A DNA stretch of 64,000 nucleotides from Squalus acanthias (lineage: Eukaryota). The position numbers and the translations under genes are program-made. The notes below the pieces were generated by a model that searched no databases, had not been told where the DNA came from, and was given only the letters and a program-made list of their open reading frames with translations. Positions 61,501-64,000 of the stretch are shown one piece after another (positions within the stretch are counted from its first letter, which is position 1; each line of letters begins with the position of its first letter). Location of the stretch: contig JASTWF010000035.1 of the NCBI GenBank assembly GCA_030390025.1, positions 2,976,001 to 3,040,000 of the forward strand, written 5' to 3'.

Positions 61501-64000
61501 TCAGCACCTTGAGCCTGTTACACAGGAACAGGAGGAGGCCCATTCAGCCCCTCGAGCCTGTTACAAGGGAACAGGAGGAGGCCATTCAGCCCCTCGAGCC
61601 TGTTACACAGGAACAGGAGGAGGCCATTCAGCCCCTCGAGCTTGTTACACAGGAACAGGAGGAGGCCATTCAGCCCCTCGAGCATGTTACACAGGAACAG
61701 GAGGAGACCATTCAGCCCCTCGAGTATGTTACACAGGAACTGGAGGAGGCCATTCAGCCCTTCGAGCCTGTTACACAGGAACAGGAGGAGACCATTCAGA
61801 CCCTCGAGCCTGTTACACAGGAACAGGAGGAGGCCATTCAGCCCCTCGAGCCTGTTACACAGGATCAGGAGGAAACCATTCAGCCCCTGAAGCTGTTACA
61901 CAGGAACAGGAGGAGCCCATTCAGCCAATCGAGCCTGTTGCACAGGAACAGGAGGAGGCCATTCAGTCCCTTGAGCCTGTTACACAGGAACAGGAGGAAG
62001 CCATTCAGCCCGTCAAGCCTGTTATCCGGGAACAGGAGCCCATTCAGCCCCTCGAGCCTGTTGCACAGGAACAGGAGGAGGGCATTCAGCCCCTCGAGCC
62101 TGTTACACAGGAACAGGAGGAGGCCATTCAGCCCCTCGAGCCTGTTGCACAGGAACAGGAGGAGGGCATTCAGCCCCTCGAGCCTGTTACACAGGAACAG
62201 GAGGAGGCCATTCAGCCCCTCGAGCCTGTTACAAAGGAACAGGAGGAAGCCATTCAGCCCGTCAAGCCTGTTATCCGGGAACAGGAGCCCATTCAGACCC
62301 TCGAGCATGTTACACAGGAACAGGAGGAGACCATTCAGCCCCTCGAGCCTGTTACACAGGAACAGGAGAAGGCCATTCAGCCCCTCGAGTCTGTTGCATA
62401 GGAACAGGAGGTGACCATTCAGCCCTCGAGCCTGTTCCACAGGAACAGGAGGAGGCCATTCAGCCCCTCGAGTCTGTTACACAGGAATAGGAGGAGGCCA
62501 ATCAGCCCCTCGAGCCTATTACTCTGGAACAGGAGGAGACCATTCAGACCCTCGACCATGTTACACAGGAACAGGAGGAGACCATTCAGCCCCTCGAGCC
62601 TGTTACACAGGAACAGGAAGAGCCCATTCAGCCCCTCGAGTCTGTTACACAGGAACTGGAGTAGGTCAATCAGCCCCTCGAGCCTGTTACACAGGAACAG
62701 CAGGAGGCCATTCAGCCCCTCGAGGCTGTTACACAGGAACAGGAGCCCATTCAGCCCCTCGAGCCTGTTGCACAGGAACAGGAGGAGGCCATTCAGCCCC
62801 TCGAGCCTGTTGCACAGGAACAGGAGGTGGCCATTCAGCCCCTCGAGCCTGTTACACAGGAACAGGAGGAGGCCATTCAGACCCTCGAGTCTGTTACACA
62901 GGAACAGAGGAGGCCAATCAGCCCATCGAGTCTGTTACACATGAACAGGAGGAGGCCATCCAGACCCTCGAGTCTGTTACACAGGAACAGGAGGAGACCA
63001 TTCTGACCCTCGAGCATGTTATACAGGAACAGGAGGAGACCATTCAGCCCCTCGAGCCTGTTACACAGGAACAGGAGAAGGCCATTCAGCGCCTTGAGTC
63101 TGTTGCATAGGAACAGGAGGAGATCATTCAGCCCTCGAGCCTGTTCCACAAGAATAGGAGGAGTTCAATCAGCGGCTCGAGCCTGTTACACAGGAGCAGG
63201 AGGAGGCCGTTCAGCCCCTCAAGCCTGTTACACAGGAACAGGAGGAGGCCGTTCAGCCCCTCGAGCCTGTTACACAGGAACAGGAGGAGGCCATTCAGCC
63301 CCTTGAGCCTGTTACACATAAACAGGAGGAAACCATTCAGCCCCTCGAGCCTGTTACACCGGAACAGGAGGAGACCATACGGCCCCTCGAGCCTGTTACA
63401 CCGGAACAGGAGGAGACCATACGGCCCCTCGAGCCTGTTATCCGGGAACAGGAGGAGGCCATTCAGCCCCTCGAGCCTGTTACACAGGAACTGGAGGAGG
63501 CCAATCAGCCCCTCGAGCCTGTTGAACAGGAGGAGGCCATTCAGCCCCTCGAGCCTGTTACACAGGAACAGGAGGAGACCATTCAGCCCCTCGAGCCTAT
63601 TACACAGGAACTGGAGGAGGCCAATCAGCCCCTCAAGCTGTGACACAGGAACAGGAGGAGCCCATTCAGCCCCTCAAACTGTTCTACAGGAACAGGAGGA
63701 GGCCATTCAGCCCCTCGAGTCTGTTACACAGGAATAGGAGGAGGCCAATCAGCCCATCGAGCCTATTACACTGGAACAGGAGGAGAACATTCAGCCCCTC
63801 GAGCCTGTTACACAGGAACAGGAGGAGGTCATTCAGCCCCTCGAGCCTGTTACACAGGAACAGGAGGAGGTCAATCAGCGCCTTGAGCCTGTTACACAGG
63901 AACAGGAGTAGGCCATTCAGCCCATCGAGCCTGTTACACAGGAACAGGAGGAGGCCATTCAGCCCCTCGAGCCTGTTACACAGGAACAGGAGGAGGCCAT
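58581..64000. repeat. 42-bp satellite, main array (runs off the window)
   Basis: Continuous tandem copies of the same unit with variants over 5.4 kb. Confidence 0.97.

Noticed and set aside
56651..63737. Long repetitive ORFs (LEGLNGLLLFLCNR, EPVTQEQEEAIQPL, HRNRRRPFSPSSLL)
   Set aside because: Artefacts of a 42-bp unit (a multiple of 3, largely stop-free). Open in many frames on both strands with random frameshifts; not LRR or structural proteins.

Overview
Vertebrate genomic DNA, very probably from a cartilaginous fish (shark). This is inferred from the dominance of CR1 LINEs, Deu-domain SINEs and Penelope-type termini. The main host gene is an intact MOGS (ER glucosidase I, GH63) on the + strand. 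It has four coding exons (12017-12377, 24823-25043, 26235-26428, 30122-31865) that splice to 839 aa, plus a probable non-coding first exon in a CpG island at about 5.6-6.3 kb. Upstream is a candidate transmembrane exon of an unidentified type-I membrane protein with an Asp in the helix (4002-4147), and the 3' end of a young Gypsy element. The rest is deeply nested retroelements. The most notable items are: (i) three Penelope-like insertions with target-site duplications (TSDs) carrying minimal hammerhead ribozyme cores, two of them near-perfect hairpins with a ribozyme on each strand; (ii) a TSD-bounded full-length CR1 whose 5' end is a CpG-rich 58-bp monomer array; (iii) a CR1 with a twin-priming-type inversion; (iv) two long solo LTRs with 4-bp TSDs and shared termini; (v) a >5 kb 42-bp satellite derived from the CR1 3' end, with about 2.6 kb higher-order structure. 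Boundaries of decayed repeats are approximate.
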